A stretch of DNA of 63,965 bases, the filler included, from an uncultured Methanosarcinales archaeon (lineage in GTDB: Archaea > Nanobdellota > Nanobdellia > Woesearchaeales > CAZXZL01): the NCBI GenBank assembly GCA_964645415.1. It is 3 parts of 3 records of this genome, joined end to end, with 100 filler letters (N's around TTAATTAATTAA, not from the genome) between each part and the next. Parts side by side here need not be neighbours in the genome. Positions count along the whole stretch, not along the records: positions 45,560 to 63,965 come from CAZXZL010000018.1; 2 more parts are not named here. One strand, 5' to 3'. Below the pieces are notes generated by a model. That model made no database searches. It was not told the origin of the DNA and saw only the letters and a program-made list of their open reading frames with translations. How positions within the stretch are numbered: position 1 is the first letter of the stretch; every line of letters begins with the position of its first letter. The translations under genes and the position numbers were made by a program. This document shows, in pieces, positions 51,976 through 61,718 of this stretch.

Positions 51976-52136
51976 TTAAAATACTCCGCTAGAAATTTGT
52001 TATAGAAAGTAGAAATATGATAATTTTAGCTTTATATAAAAAATCTCTCAACTCTAATCTAAAACGTGGTCCCTTTTTAAATGTTTGTATTTTTTAACTC
52101 AAAACTTATATATATAATAAAATGAAATAAAATCAT

Positions 52137-52253
52137 ATGCCAACAGAAAAAAAAGATTTTATCACTAATTTTGGAAAAATGATTATTTATTTTTTTATTG
52201 TAGCATTTATTTTCATATTTATAATTGGTTTAATTTATTTAGCAATTACTTAA
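52137..52253 (+). CDS. Putative 38-aa single-TM peptide (missed by the ORF track)
   Basis: MPTEKKDFITNFGKMIIYFFIVAFIFIFIIGLIYLAIT; TATA-like box about 30 nt upstream; its stop overlaps the convergent gene. Confidence 0.45.
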   Translation: MPTEKKDFITNFGKMIIYFFIVAFIFIFIIGLIYLAIT

Positions 52254-52720
52254 ATCTCATCTAAAAATTCATAATCAATTAATCCCCAATCATCGCTAAT
52301 TCTAATTAATCCACCACCAACACTCATTCCTTGTGACCAAATTATTACATTAACAAATGAATCATCTTTTTCAAACACATATCCCTTACTCCCACCATCT
52401 CTAAAATATATTTTATCAATTAATTCCCAACCATAATTTTTAGGAACATTTTCAAAGTGTTTTCTTGCTTCAAATATATAATCATTCCATTTTTGTACAG
52501 GGACATCATTAACACCTTCAACAGAGAATCCATAGTTTAAATCTTCTATCTCAGATAGTACTTCTTTTCTTTGAGGTATTTCTAAAGTAAATTCAGTTTG
52601 ATTAATTTCATCTACTCTTGGATATACTGGAAAATCATTGATGAGAGTATAATCTTGTGGTTCAGATATAGAACAACTTGATAATAAAAAGATAAATATT
52701 AACAAAATTTTAATTCTCAT
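52250..52720 (-). CDS. Putative lipoprotein
   Basis: MRIKILLIFIFLLSS-C lipobox; GGTG SD. Confidence 0.7.
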   Translation of the reverse strand: MRIKILLIFIFLLSSCSISEPQDYTLINDFPVYPRVDEINQTEFTLEIPQRKEVLSEIEDLNYGFSVEGVNDVPVQKWNDYIFEARKHFENVPKNYGWELIDKIYFRDGGSKGYVFEKDDSFVNVIIWSQGMSVGGGLIRISDDWGLIDYEFLDEI

Positions 52721-52734
52721 CTAAAACACCTAAA

Positions 52735-52923
52735 TTATTTATTTTCATATTTTTTCATAAGAAATTTTCCTATAAAAAATAATATAACACCAATAACTAA
52801 TGAAACATCCATTTGAGCAGGAGCAGTAATCATACTTAAAACAACAAAAATTAAAGCTACAAAGTAAATAAAGTAAGATACTTTTTCCATGAATGGTTTT
52901 GATTTAAATTTTTCAGTAACCAT
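52735..52923 (-). CDS. Small two-TM protein
   Basis: Two hydrophobic helices. Confidence 0.65.
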   Translation of the reverse strand: MVTEKFKSKPFMEKVSYFIYFVALIFVVLSMITAPAQMDVSLVIGVILFFIGKFLMKKYENK

Positions 52924-53038
52924 ACTTATTTAATAAAAATCAGATTTATAAATATTTTTTAAAAAAAAGAACTGGTTATTGAAAATAATTTCATTTTTCT
53001 TAATTATAATTTATATTAGTTTAAAATTGTCTAAATTT

Positions 53039-54217
53039 ATGATTAATAGCTCTCTTGGAATTTTATTAGGATTTATATTAGGGATATTTACGGGATTAAT
53101 TCCAGGGATTCATATTAACTTATTATCAGTTATAATTATTTCAATTTTTAACATAATTTCAATTGATAGTTACTTTTTCTTCTTTGTTATTCTTTCAATG
53201 TCAATCACACATACTTTTTTTAATGCTTTTCCAAGTATATTACTTGGTATTCCTGATTCAGAATCAATATTTAATGTATTAGCAGGACATAAATTAGTTC
53301 TTGAAGGAAAAGCTAAAAAAGCTATTTGGTTAACACTAATTGGTTCATTACTTGGTGCAATTTATTCCATTCCTTTTTTCATTGTTATTTATCAAATCGA
53401 TGATATTCCAAATAATGAGCTAATAATGTTGATTGTTTTTTTTATAATACTTTCAGTAATGATTTTAAAAAATGATACTTCAATAAGATTTATCGTTTTA
53501 TTTGGTCTGTATGGATATTTATTTTTAGATGTTATTAATTTAAATGAACCATTATTTCATATCTTTTCAGGTATTTTTGCAATTGCTCCAATTATTACAT
53601 CAATTAAAGAAAAAGTAGAATTACCTGATCAAAAACCATTAAAAAAAGATATAAAAAAAACTCAGATGATAAAGATAATTCCAACAATCATTTTTTCAGT
53701 TTCAACATTAGTATTTCCAGGTATTTCTACAAGTATTGGATTAATGTTTTTATTTATGATAATTAAAACTACTGATGAGCTATATCTAATTTTGACTGGT
53801 GCAATGGATACTATAACAATGTTTCTTGCGATTCCATTTTATTATTCTATGGGTTATAAAAGAAATGGATCAATAATTGCACTAAGTGAACTTAAGAGCA
53901 CTATTACATATTCAGAAATTATTAAGGTTTTAATTATTATGATTTTAATATGTTATTTAAATTATGAAATTGCTAATTTTCTTATTAAATACATACTAAA
54001 TGTGTTAAAAAAGTTAAATTATCTTTATATTAATGTAACTATTTTAATAATGATAGTTATAATTTCAATTATTCTTGATTCTTTCTTAGGTCTTTTTTGT
54101 CTAATAATAGGTGTTTTGTTAGGTTTATACCTTTTAAATAAAGATTCTCCAAGATATTTTGCAATGAATGTTATATTTATTCCAGTTCTTTATAGAACAC
54201 TCACTTCTTTAATATAA
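53039..54217 (+). CDS. TctA-like (COG1784/DUF112) membrane protein
   Basis: GIFTGLIPGIHIN, THTF...PSILLGIPD and LAGHKL..G motifs. Confidence 0.85.
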   Translation: MINSSLGILLGFILGIFTGLIPGIHINLLSVIIISIFNIISIDSYFFFFVILSMSITHTFFNAFPSILLGIPDSESIFNVLAGHKLVLEGKAKKAIWLTLIGSLLGAIYSIPFFIVIYQIDDIPNNELIMLIVFFIILSVMILKNDTSIRFIVLFGLYGYLFLDVINLNEPLFHIFSGIFAIAPIITSIKEKVELPDQKPLKKDIKKTQMIKIIPTIIFSVSTLVFPGISTSIGLMFLFMIIKTTDELYLILTGAMDTITMFLAIPFYYSMGYKRNGSIIALSELKSTITYSEIIKVLIIMILICYLNYEIANFLIKYILNVLKKLNYLYINVTILIMIVIISIILDSFLGLFCLIIGVLLGLYLLNKDSPRYFAMNVIFIPVLYRTLTSLI

Positions 54218-54220
54218 AAG

Positions 54221-55756
54221 TCACTCTATTTTTATAGTTTGACCTTTCTTAATCTGAAATTCATTTATAACTAAATCATCTTCAATTATTTTTAATGTAA
54301 AACCTTCATCTGGCATTATTTCGGTTTCATCTCCTATATCTATTGATTCATCAATCTCTTTTCCAGAAAGAAAATCATAAATTTCTTCATCAGTTTCAGC
54401 TGAATAAACAGAACCATCTTTACTATTAACAAAAGAAGTAAAAGCAATTCCTGCAGAATCTAATGGAACAATTCTAACTTGCCAATAAAGCACATCATCA
54501 ACAATTACTGGTAATGGTTCAACTGGAATAAATCCAGTATCACTTGTTCGATCTGCCCAATTAACACGACTATTAGCACGTCTTACATAATTCATAGCAC
54601 GATTAGCACCAATTAAACCTTGATCTCTATCTAATTTAAATAACTCATAATCTCCTGTTTTTCCATCAATTATCCAAACTTCAAATAACCCTGATGCTTC
54701 ACCATAAGGTTCTGTTGCAATAAATAGTTTAGGACCATCTTCAGTAACAATTGTAAATGGTTGATCATTTCCTCTTCCTGGAATTTCAGCAACTTCTAAT
54801 TGATTTTCATGGAAAAATAATTTATTAATAATTCCATTACGATATTCAGTAGATGATATATATTTATGAGCTAAATCATATGGATAAACTCTCTGATCAT
54901 TTAGTCTTTCATCATTTTCAATGTTTTCTGATTCAATAAAATCAATGTTTCCATCTGAATCAGCTAAAGAAATACCACCAAATTTAGGAATAGTATAAAA
55001 AATTGGAAATTTAAATCTATATTCATAATCAATGTATGGTGTTGCAAGATATGTATTATTATCATGATTAAATACAAAACTATCTTGATATTTAACAAAA
55101 TATTGTCCTTTTAATAACTGCCAGTAAAGATTATCAGTAATTAACATTCCTTCACCATAAGTCATTTCTGTATTATCATAAAAAATATTTGGACTAATTG
55201 TTGTCATATCAACAAAGACTGCTCCTTTTTGTTTTAATAAAAATTTATTAAGAGTTCCATCAGGAACTAATGATTGCATCCAATAAGGTTTACCATCAAT
55301 AAAACTTATATCACTTTCTCCTGTTTTATATCTTGGTTCTTGTAGAGAATTTTCTGCATATTCTTCTGCAACTACTCTTGGAAGAATTCTTGGATTTTCA
55401 TGATCAATATCTGGAAGTGTTTCAATTAAATTATGATTACTCATTACTTCATTAGATAAATCTAAGTTAGTATAAATTGAAGATAAAAACATTCCAAAAA
55501 TAAAAAATACAGTAAAAACAACTAATGATAGATTTATTGCAGAAATAATATTTTTCTTATAGACATAAAAATAACTAATAAATAAAACAACTGCAGCAAT
55601 TATTAAAGATTGTAAAATTACAGGGTTAATATAAAAAAAGATGAAAAAAGAATGTAAGTAAGGTCTAAAAAAGTATCCTATTAAAGATAATAAAACAATT
55701 AAAACAACGATAAAATAAGTTAAATTATTTTTAAAAAAGTCATTTAAAGATTTCAT
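54221..55756 (-). CDS. Membrane-anchored protein with a large acidic extracellular domain
   Basis: Three N-terminal TM helices followed by a soluble beta-rich domain. Confidence 0.75.
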   Translation of the reverse strand: MKSLNDFFKNNLTYFIVVLIVLLSLIGYFFRPYLHSFFIFFYINPVILQSLIIAAVVLFISYFYVYKKNIISAINLSLVVFTVFFIFGMFLSSIYTNLDLSNEVMSNHNLIETLPDIDHENPRILPRVVAEEYAENSLQEPRYKTGESDISFIDGKPYWMQSLVPDGTLNKFLLKQKGAVFVDMTTISPNIFYDNTEMTYGEGMLITDNLYWQLLKGQYFVKYQDSFVFNHDNNTYLATPYIDYEYRFKFPIFYTIPKFGGISLADSDGNIDFIESENIENDERLNDQRVYPYDLAHKYISSTEYRNGIINKLFFHENQLEVAEIPGRGNDQPFTIVTEDGPKLFIATEPYGEASGLFEVWIIDGKTGDYELFKLDRDQGLIGANRAMNYVRRANSRVNWADRTSDTGFIPVEPLPVIVDDVLYWQVRIVPLDSAGIAFTSFVNSKDGSVYSAETDEEIYDFLSGKEIDESIDIGDETEIMPDEGFTLKIIEDDLVINEFQIKKGQTIKIE

Positions 55757-55814
55757 AATAATCACAATATTAAACTCATATTAATAATATATAAATTGTA
55801 TTATTCTAAAAAAT

Positions 55815-55930
55815 GGGATGATAGTTTCTATTAAGTTCTATTTCTATTAGCATATTTTTTCCTTAGATGATTTTGCCCTACATACATCGAAGATGATTCA
55901 ACGAATACAACCATCGAAGATGAATAAACT
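55815..55930 (+). repeat. Intergenic repeat family copy 3
   Basis: TAGTTTCTAT at 55822; exact 20-mer TTAGATGATTTTGCCCTACA at 55863 (= 45706); CATCGAAGATGA at 55885 and 55912; AACGAATAC at 55900. Confidence 0.85.
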
Positions 55931-55931
55931 T

Positions 55932-57383
55932 TTAAGAAAACATGTTTTTAATTAAATAAATTATATCACTTAATTTTTTATGAAGTCTACTTTCTTTAAA
56001 TTTGATATTAATTATTTTATCTAACAATTTATATGTTTTTTTATCATAAGGAAACCAATTTATCTCTTTTAATCTATTTTTACTAACCATGACTGATTTC
56101 TTTTGAACAAAACTCATTATTCCTTCTTTACCATGATAACGTCCAATCCCACTATTTTTATTTCCTCCAAAGGGAAGGTCAGGATTAGCAACATTCTTTA
56201 TAACATCATTAATATAACAATTTCCAACATTTAATTCACTTACAATCTCTTTTGCTTTCTTTATGTTTTTTGTCCAAATACTTGCTCCAAGACCAAATTC
56301 AGAATTATTTACTAGTTTAATTACTTCATCTTTAGTATTAAATTTGATAATAGGTAAAATAGGACCAAATGTTTCATTTTTCATAACATCCATATTAGAT
56401 GAGACATTACTTAAAACTAAAGGAAATATGTAATCATCTTTTTCAACAAATTCATTATGACATTTAGCACCTTTTTTTATTGCATCATTAATTTGTGATT
56501 TTACAATTTCTTTTTGTTTAGGTGATATAAAAGGTCCTATATCTGAAAATTTTTTTGAACCAAAATTTAAATCTTTAATTCGATTAAGAATTTTTTCAAT
56601 AAAGTCATCATATAAATTATTTTGAATAAATACTCTTTCAACACCAACACATAATTGTCCTAAATTAGCAAATCCCCCATATAAGGCTCCTTCAGCAACA
56701 CGGTCAAGATCAACATCATCAAAAACAACCATAGCATCTTTTCCACCTAATTCCAATTCAACAGGAATTAAGTCATCAGAAGCTTTTTTCATTATCTTTT
56801 TTCCAGTATTAACACTTCCAGTAAAGAATATTTTATTAGGCTTTGATTCAATAAGTTTTTCACCAACATTTCCATCACCTAATGCTAATTGAAAAACATC
56901 TTTTTTTAGACAAATATTATTAAATATTTTTTTAATTAACTTACCAACATTTGGATTAACCTCAGATGGTTTTAAAACAACACTATTTCCAGAGACTAAA
57001 GCAGTAATAGTTGGTGCCATAGATAAATAAAAAGGATAATTCCAAGGGGATATTACTAAAACAGAACCATAAGGTTCATATTCAACATAAGAATAATTTC
57101 TAAAAAATTCAAAAGGAGTTTTTCTTTTATCTTTTTTTAAAAACTTCTTAGCTTTATTTTCATAATACTTAATAAGATTTAAAGTAGGAAAAATATCAGA
57201 CATAATACATTCAACATCTGGTTTATTAGTATCTTTTTTAATAACATCAATAATCTCTTGTTTATTTTCAACAATATAATTTCTAATTTTTTTTAAATAA
57301 TTAATTCGTTCATTAACAGAAATTTTTTTCCAATCAGAATATGCTTTTTTAGAATTATTAATAATTGATTCATAATCATTCAT
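55932..57383 (-). CDS. NAD(P)-dependent aldehyde dehydrogenase
   Basis: SPWNYP, KPSE, FTGS, LELGGKD, catalytic Cys in GQLCVG, ETFGP and PFGG motifs. Confidence 0.95.
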   Translation of the reverse strand: MNDYESIINNSKKAYSDWKKISVNERINYLKKIRNYIVENKQEIIDVIKKDTNKPDVECIMSDIFPTLNLIKYYENKAKKFLKKDKRKTPFEFFRNYSYVEYEPYGSVLVISPWNYPFYLSMAPTITALVSGNSVVLKPSEVNPNVGKLIKKIFNNICLKKDVFQLALGDGNVGEKLIESKPNKIFFTGSVNTGKKIMKKASDDLIPVELELGGKDAMVVFDDVDLDRVAEGALYGGFANLGQLCVGVERVFIQNNLYDDFIEKILNRIKDLNFGSKKFSDIGPFISPKQKEIVKSQINDAIKKGAKCHNEFVEKDDYIFPLVLSNVSSNMDVMKNETFGPILPIIKFNTKDEVIKLVNNSEFGLGASIWTKNIKKAKEIVSELNVGNCYINDVIKNVANPDLPFGGNKNSGIGRYHGKEGIMSFVQKKSVMVSKNRLKEINWFPYDKKTYKLLDKIINIKFKESRLHKKLSDIIYLIKNMFS

Positions 57384-57420
57384 ATTAATCACATAATAAT
57401 TTTAAGATTATAATTTAAAA

Positions 57421-57735
57421 AGTATTCGTTTAAAAGTATAGTTTGTCTTCGTTTAATCTTCTTCGAAATTAGTCCATCAAAATCATCTTAAAAAAAAGAA
57501 ATAGAAGTTTATAAAAGTGAAAACAAAAATAATTAGAAAATTATAGAAACTAACGTGCCATTCGTTAGAATGGTACCATCCTTATCAAATTACTAAAATC
57601 AAAGATTTATAGAACTTATTAAATTACAAATTTAAAAGTGTGATAAAATTTGAGATCAAATCATCTTAAAGAAAAGGATTTTATAAAATCAAAAATAAAA
57701 TAGAAATAAAGAAATAGAATTTAATAGGAATCTCT
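57421..57735 (-). repeat. Intergenic repeat family copies 4 and 5 (reverse orientation)
   Basis: Reverse complement shows AGGATGGTACCAT (57570-57582), TTAGTTTCTAT (57543-57553), TAAGATGATTTTG (57478-57490), AACGAAGAC (57445) and AACGAATAC (57422). A second partial module lies at 57656-57730. Confidence 0.8.
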
Positions 57736-57744
57736 GTGTCATTC

Positions 57745-58557
57745 TTATTCTTCAATTAAATGTACATCTCTTTGTGGATATGGAAAACTAATTCCTTTCT
57801 TATCAAAAGTTTCTTTAATGTTTTCTGTAATGTCATAATAAGTTTCCCAATAATCTTTTGTATTTACCCAAAAACGTACATTCAAATCAACAGAATTATC
57901 TCCTAAATTAGAAACACGAATCAAAGGTTTTGGTTCATCAAGAGTTAATTTATGTTTTGAAATAATTTTAGATAAAACTTTTTTTGCCTTTTTAAAATCA
58001 TCATCATAACCAATTCCAACAACCATATCAACTCTTCTTTTATCTTCACGAGAAAAATTAGTTATATTTCCATTTGCTAATGGACCATTTGGAATAGTTA
58101 TTCTTTTATTATCAGGTGTTTTCAAAGTTGTTGTAAAAATATTAATATCAATTACAGTACCACTTACGCCTTGAGCTTCAATAAACTCACCTTTCTTTAA
58201 AGGTTTAAATAATACAATTAATACACCACCAGCAAAATTAGAAAGACTTCCTTGTAAAGACATACCAATAGCAAAACCCATAGCAGCTAAAATAGCTACA
58301 AAAGAAGCAGTTTCAACTCCAATCATACCAATTACACTAATTAATAAAACAATATTTAATGTGAACTTAATTATATTTGATAAAAAATTAGAAATTGTTG
58401 GTTCAACTTCTCTTTTCTCAAAACCTTTTCTAGTTAATCCTACTATCCATTTAATAAGTTTCAAACCAACAAATAAAGTAATAATTGCTAACACTAATCT
58501 TGGAACATAAGCTAATAATAAGTCACTCCCAGTAGTAATTAAATTATCTAAAACCAT
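57745..58557 (-). CDS. mscS: Small-conductance mechanosensitive channel MscS
   Basis: AIGMSLQGSLSNFAGG, TPDNKRITIPNG and GISFPYPQRDVH motifs. Confidence 0.95.
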   Translation of the reverse strand: MVLDNLITTGSDLLLAYVPRLVLAIITLFVGLKLIKWIVGLTRKGFEKREVEPTISNFLSNIIKFTLNIVLLISVIGMIGVETASFVAILAAMGFAIGMSLQGSLSNFAGGVLIVLFKPLKKGEFIEAQGVSGTVIDINIFTTTLKTPDNKRITIPNGPLANGNITNFSREDKRRVDMVVGIGYDDDFKKAKKVLSKIISKHKLTLDEPKPLIRVSNLGDNSVDLNVRFWVNTKDYWETYYDITENIKETFDKKGISFPYPQRDVHLIEE

Positions 58558-58611
58558 TAAGTTAACACCTAATATAAAAGAATATAATTAATTATAAATG
58601 TTTTTAAAAAG

Positions 58612-59244
58612 TTAACGATATAAATTCTTTAGTTCATCTTTTTTCTGATCATGATTTATAACTATCTTTTTTATGTATTTACTTCTTGATGTGTTTGAAA
58701 TAAAATCTTCTAAATTCTTATTATTTTCTAAATATTTAAATGTTGAACAAATTGCTCCAATTCCTGCACCAATATATTTTCCAGATTCATTATCACCTAT
58801 AAAAGAACCAACAAGACCCCCAACAATTCCAAAAAAAGCAATACCCCCCATGTCAATAGCACTATTATCTTTAATTTCATCATAAGAAGTCAATCCTAAA
58901 CCAAAACCTGCAGCACCAGCACTAAACATAGGATCAGATGTTATAATATTAGCTAAACCCCCATAAATAGCAGTATTAAAAAAAATCCTTGAATAATTTA
59001 TTTTATCATTATCAGTTAACTTATTAGCTAAATTCAATTCTTTTTGTTTTTTAGAATATAAATCAATATAATCATTTGTGAATGAAAGAACTTCATCATA
59101 AATATCTTCATCTTCAGAAATATTTAAAGATTCAACAATTTCTTTTCCTTTTGGTTTAAGAATTCGTTCTAAGTAAATAAATCTATATTTATTTTTCTTC
59201 TCAACCTTATAAACTATTTTATCCATTAATTTTTCTTCTAACAT
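58612..59244 (-). CDS. Glycine-zipper protein, paralog 2
   Basis: IYGGLA..SDPMFSAGAAGFGLG.TSYDEIKD and GxxxG repeats. Confidence 0.8.
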   Translation of the reverse strand: MLEEKLMDKIVYKVEKKNKYRFIYLERILKPKGKEIVESLNISEDEDIYDEVLSFTNDYIDLYSKKQKELNLANKLTDNDKINYSRIFFNTAIYGGLANIITSDPMFSAGAAGFGLGLTSYDEIKDNSAIDMGGIAFFGIVGGLVGSFIGDNESGKYIGAGIGAICSTFKYLENNKNLEDFISNTSRSKYIKKIVINHDQKKDELKNLYR

Positions 59245-59263
59245 TTTAAAATACCTTTAAAAT

Positions 59264-59881
59264 TCAAGAATACATATCAATCAAGTTTTCTTTCTTTTTA
59301 TCATATTTAGAATAAACATTTTCTAAAGCTTCTTCTTTTGAAATATTAGATATGTAATCCTCATATTTTTTATTATTATAGATCTGTTTAAAAGCTGAAT
59401 AAAATGCACCAACTCCAGCTCCTATGTATCTTCCAGTTTCAGAATCAGTAAATAATGAGCCAATAAGACTTCCAATAACTCCATAAAAACCAGCATTACC
59501 CATATTTATACTACTATGATCTTTAATTTCATCATAAGAAGTCATTCCTAAACCAAAACCTGCAGCACCAGCACTAAACATAGGATCAGATGCAATTATA
59601 CTTGCCAATCCACCATAGATTGCACTATTTAATACAATCCTGCCAGCATCTATATAATCATTATCTTTAAATTTATAAACACTTGATAAACTATTTTTTT
59701 TATTTTTATAAAGATTAATATAATCATCACAAAAAGATAAAGCCTCTTCGTAATTTTCATCATCACTTTCCATACCAAATGAGTTAAGAATATAACGTCC
59801 ATTCAGATCAATTTCATTTTCATATTTGTATTTATTTTCGATTCTTGAAATTGCTTTTTCCATAAAATCTTTTTCTAACAT
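59264..59881 (-). CDS. Glycine-zipper protein, paralog 1
   Basis: Full-length similarity to 58612-59244. Confidence 0.8.
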   Translation of the reverse strand: MLEKDFMEKAISRIENKYKYENEIDLNGRYILNSFGMESDDENYEEALSFCDDYINLYKNKKNSLSSVYKFKDNDYIDAGRIVLNSAIYGGLASIIASDPMFSAGAAGFGLGMTSYDEIKDHSSINMGNAGFYGVIGSLIGSLFTDSETGRYIGAGVGAFYSAFKQIYNNKKYEDYISNISKEEALENVYSKYDKKKENLIDMYS

Positions 59882-60040
59882 TTTATAAAATATTGAGAGA
59901 TTATAATTTAAACTTTTCTATAGTTTATTCTTTATAAGTAGTTAATTATATTAGAAAAGATATAATGTATTTATTTTAAAATAGTAACAATATATTGTTT
60001 TATAATAAAGTTTAAATATAATGAATTTGAAATATATTTA

Positions 60041-60104
60041 GAGCATAATGATGAAGTGGACACCCACTGAAAAAAGATGATGATGGTTTAAACTCTGAAT
60101 GTTC
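60041..60104 (+). ncRNA. Box C/D methylation-guide sRNA
   Basis: C ATGATGA 60048-60054, 12-nt guide, D' CTGA 60067-60070, C' ATGATGA 60077-60083, 11-nt guide, D CTGA 60095-60098. Terminal stem GAGCAT/ATGTTC; TATA-like TTTAAATA at 60011. Confidence 0.9.
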
Positions 60105-60135
60105 TTTGATTTATATTGGGTTTGGGTATATAAAA

Positions 60136-61707
60136 ATGAAAAAAAAGATAGTAGTTGATACAAATGTTTTAATTGATAATCCTAAGCTGGTTAATGAGCT
60201 GAAATCAGATATTTTTCTCCCATATATTGTTCTAGAAGAGCTTGACGGTCTAAAAAATAATGGTGGTTTTGTAGGAAAAAGAGCAAGGGATGTAATAAGA
60301 AATTTAAAAAAATATGTTGATGATTCTGAATCAATAATAAATCAAGATGATAATGAAAATAAACCTAAAAGTGCTATAAATACTTTATATAAAAAAATAT
60401 TAAATAAATTAGAAATTCCAACAAGTTCAATAGATGTGAATAAAACATATGAGAATTCTGAGTCTTCACTAAGTTTAGTTTCAAATAAGATGAAACCAAA
60501 ATCATATATTCATGATTTAGATCCTGAAAAAAATGATAATATTATATTAAATATAGTAAAAGATTTATCAAAAGATTACAGTGATTTAGAGTTTTATACA
60601 AATGATTATTCATTATATTTAAAGGCAGATTCTTTAGATATAAACACTCATGTTTATACTCCACCTGTAAAAGAAATTTACAAAGGTTATGTAAATATGG
60701 AGTTAGATAGTTATAATGATCTTGAAAATAATGAGATGGATTTATCTTATATAGAAGAATTAATTGATCATAATTATTTAAAACCGGAAAAATCTTTTTT
60801 AGAAAGAGATCCAATAAATAATGATTGTAAATTCTATCAAAATGAATATGTTATGTTTAAAGATGGTGATGAAACATATCAAGTTGGTAGAGTAAAGGAT
60901 GATAAAATAATTCCAATTTCAATTGAAGAACATAATTGGAGATTAGGTGATATTGTTCCAAAAAATCTAGAACAGATAATTGCTCTTGATGCACTTTTAG
61001 ATCCTAATATTGCAAATGTATCTTTAATAGGAAGAGCAGGAACGGGAAAAACATTTCTTGGAATAGCAGCATCATATGCATTATCAAATATGTCATATAA
61101 TGAAAAAAGTAATATCTTTGGAAAAGAGATTAAAGAACATGTGAATTCATGGTATGAAAAATATAATGATAGAAATAAAAACGGAGAGAAAATGATTTCA
61201 AAAACATTAATTAGTAGACCTTTATTAAGTCAAGATAAACTTGGATTTTTGCCAGGAGACATTGAAAGTAAGATGTCACCATGGTTAAGAGGTGCTTTTG
61301 AAAATTTAAAGGAAATAATTAATGGAGTTCAATATGCTAATAAAAGAAATAATGGATTTGATGATGGTTTTGAGTGTTTCTTTGAGTCAGGTCAAAAGGA
61401 AATGATTGATATTATCCCACTACAATATGAAAGAGGAGATTCTATTAGCCATAAATATTGGTTAGTTGATGAGGCTCAAGATTTATATAATTCTGAAGCG
61501 AAGTTAGTTGGTACTAGAATGGGTAAGGGTTCAAAATTAGTATTAACTGGTGATCCTGGGCAAATTGGAAGAAGTAATTTACATAAACATCATAATGGAT
61601 TAGTTCATATGGTTGATAGATTAAAAGAAAGCTCATTAACTTCAACAGTATATTTTAAAGATGTTGAAAGAAGTGATTTTTCTGATGAGGTTTCTAAATA
61701 CTTATAA
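60136..61707 (+). CDS. PIN-PhoH fusion protein (PhoH2)
   Basis: PIN motifs VVDTNVL, EELD and ND; PhoH motifs GRAGTGKT, LGFLPG, VDEAQ and TRMGKGSKLVLTGDPGQ. Confidence 0.92.
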   Translation: MKKKIVVDTNVLIDNPKLVNELKSDIFLPYIVLEELDGLKNNGGFVGKRARDVIRNLKKYVDDSESIINQDDNENKPKSAINTLYKKILNKLEIPTSSIDVNKTYENSESSLSLVSNKMKPKSYIHDLDPEKNDNIILNIVKDLSKDYSDLEFYTNDYSLYLKADSLDINTHVYTPPVKEIYKGYVNMELDSYNDLENNEMDLSYIEELIDHNYLKPEKSFLERDPINNDCKFYQNEYVMFKDGDETYQVGRVKDDKIIPISIEEHNWRLGDIVPKNLEQIIALDALLDPNIANVSLIGRAGTGKTFLGIAASYALSNMSYNEKSNIFGKEIKEHVNSWYEKYNDRNKNGEKMISKTLISRPLLSQDKLGFLPGDIESKMSPWLRGAFENLKEIINGVQYANKRNNGFDDGFECFFESGQKEMIDIIPLQYERGDSISHKYWLVDEAQDLYNSEAKLVGTRMGKGSKLVLTGDPGQIGRSNLHKHHNGLVHMVDRLKESSLTSTVYFKDVERSDFSDEVSKYL

Positions 61708-61718
61708 ATTTTAAAAGG

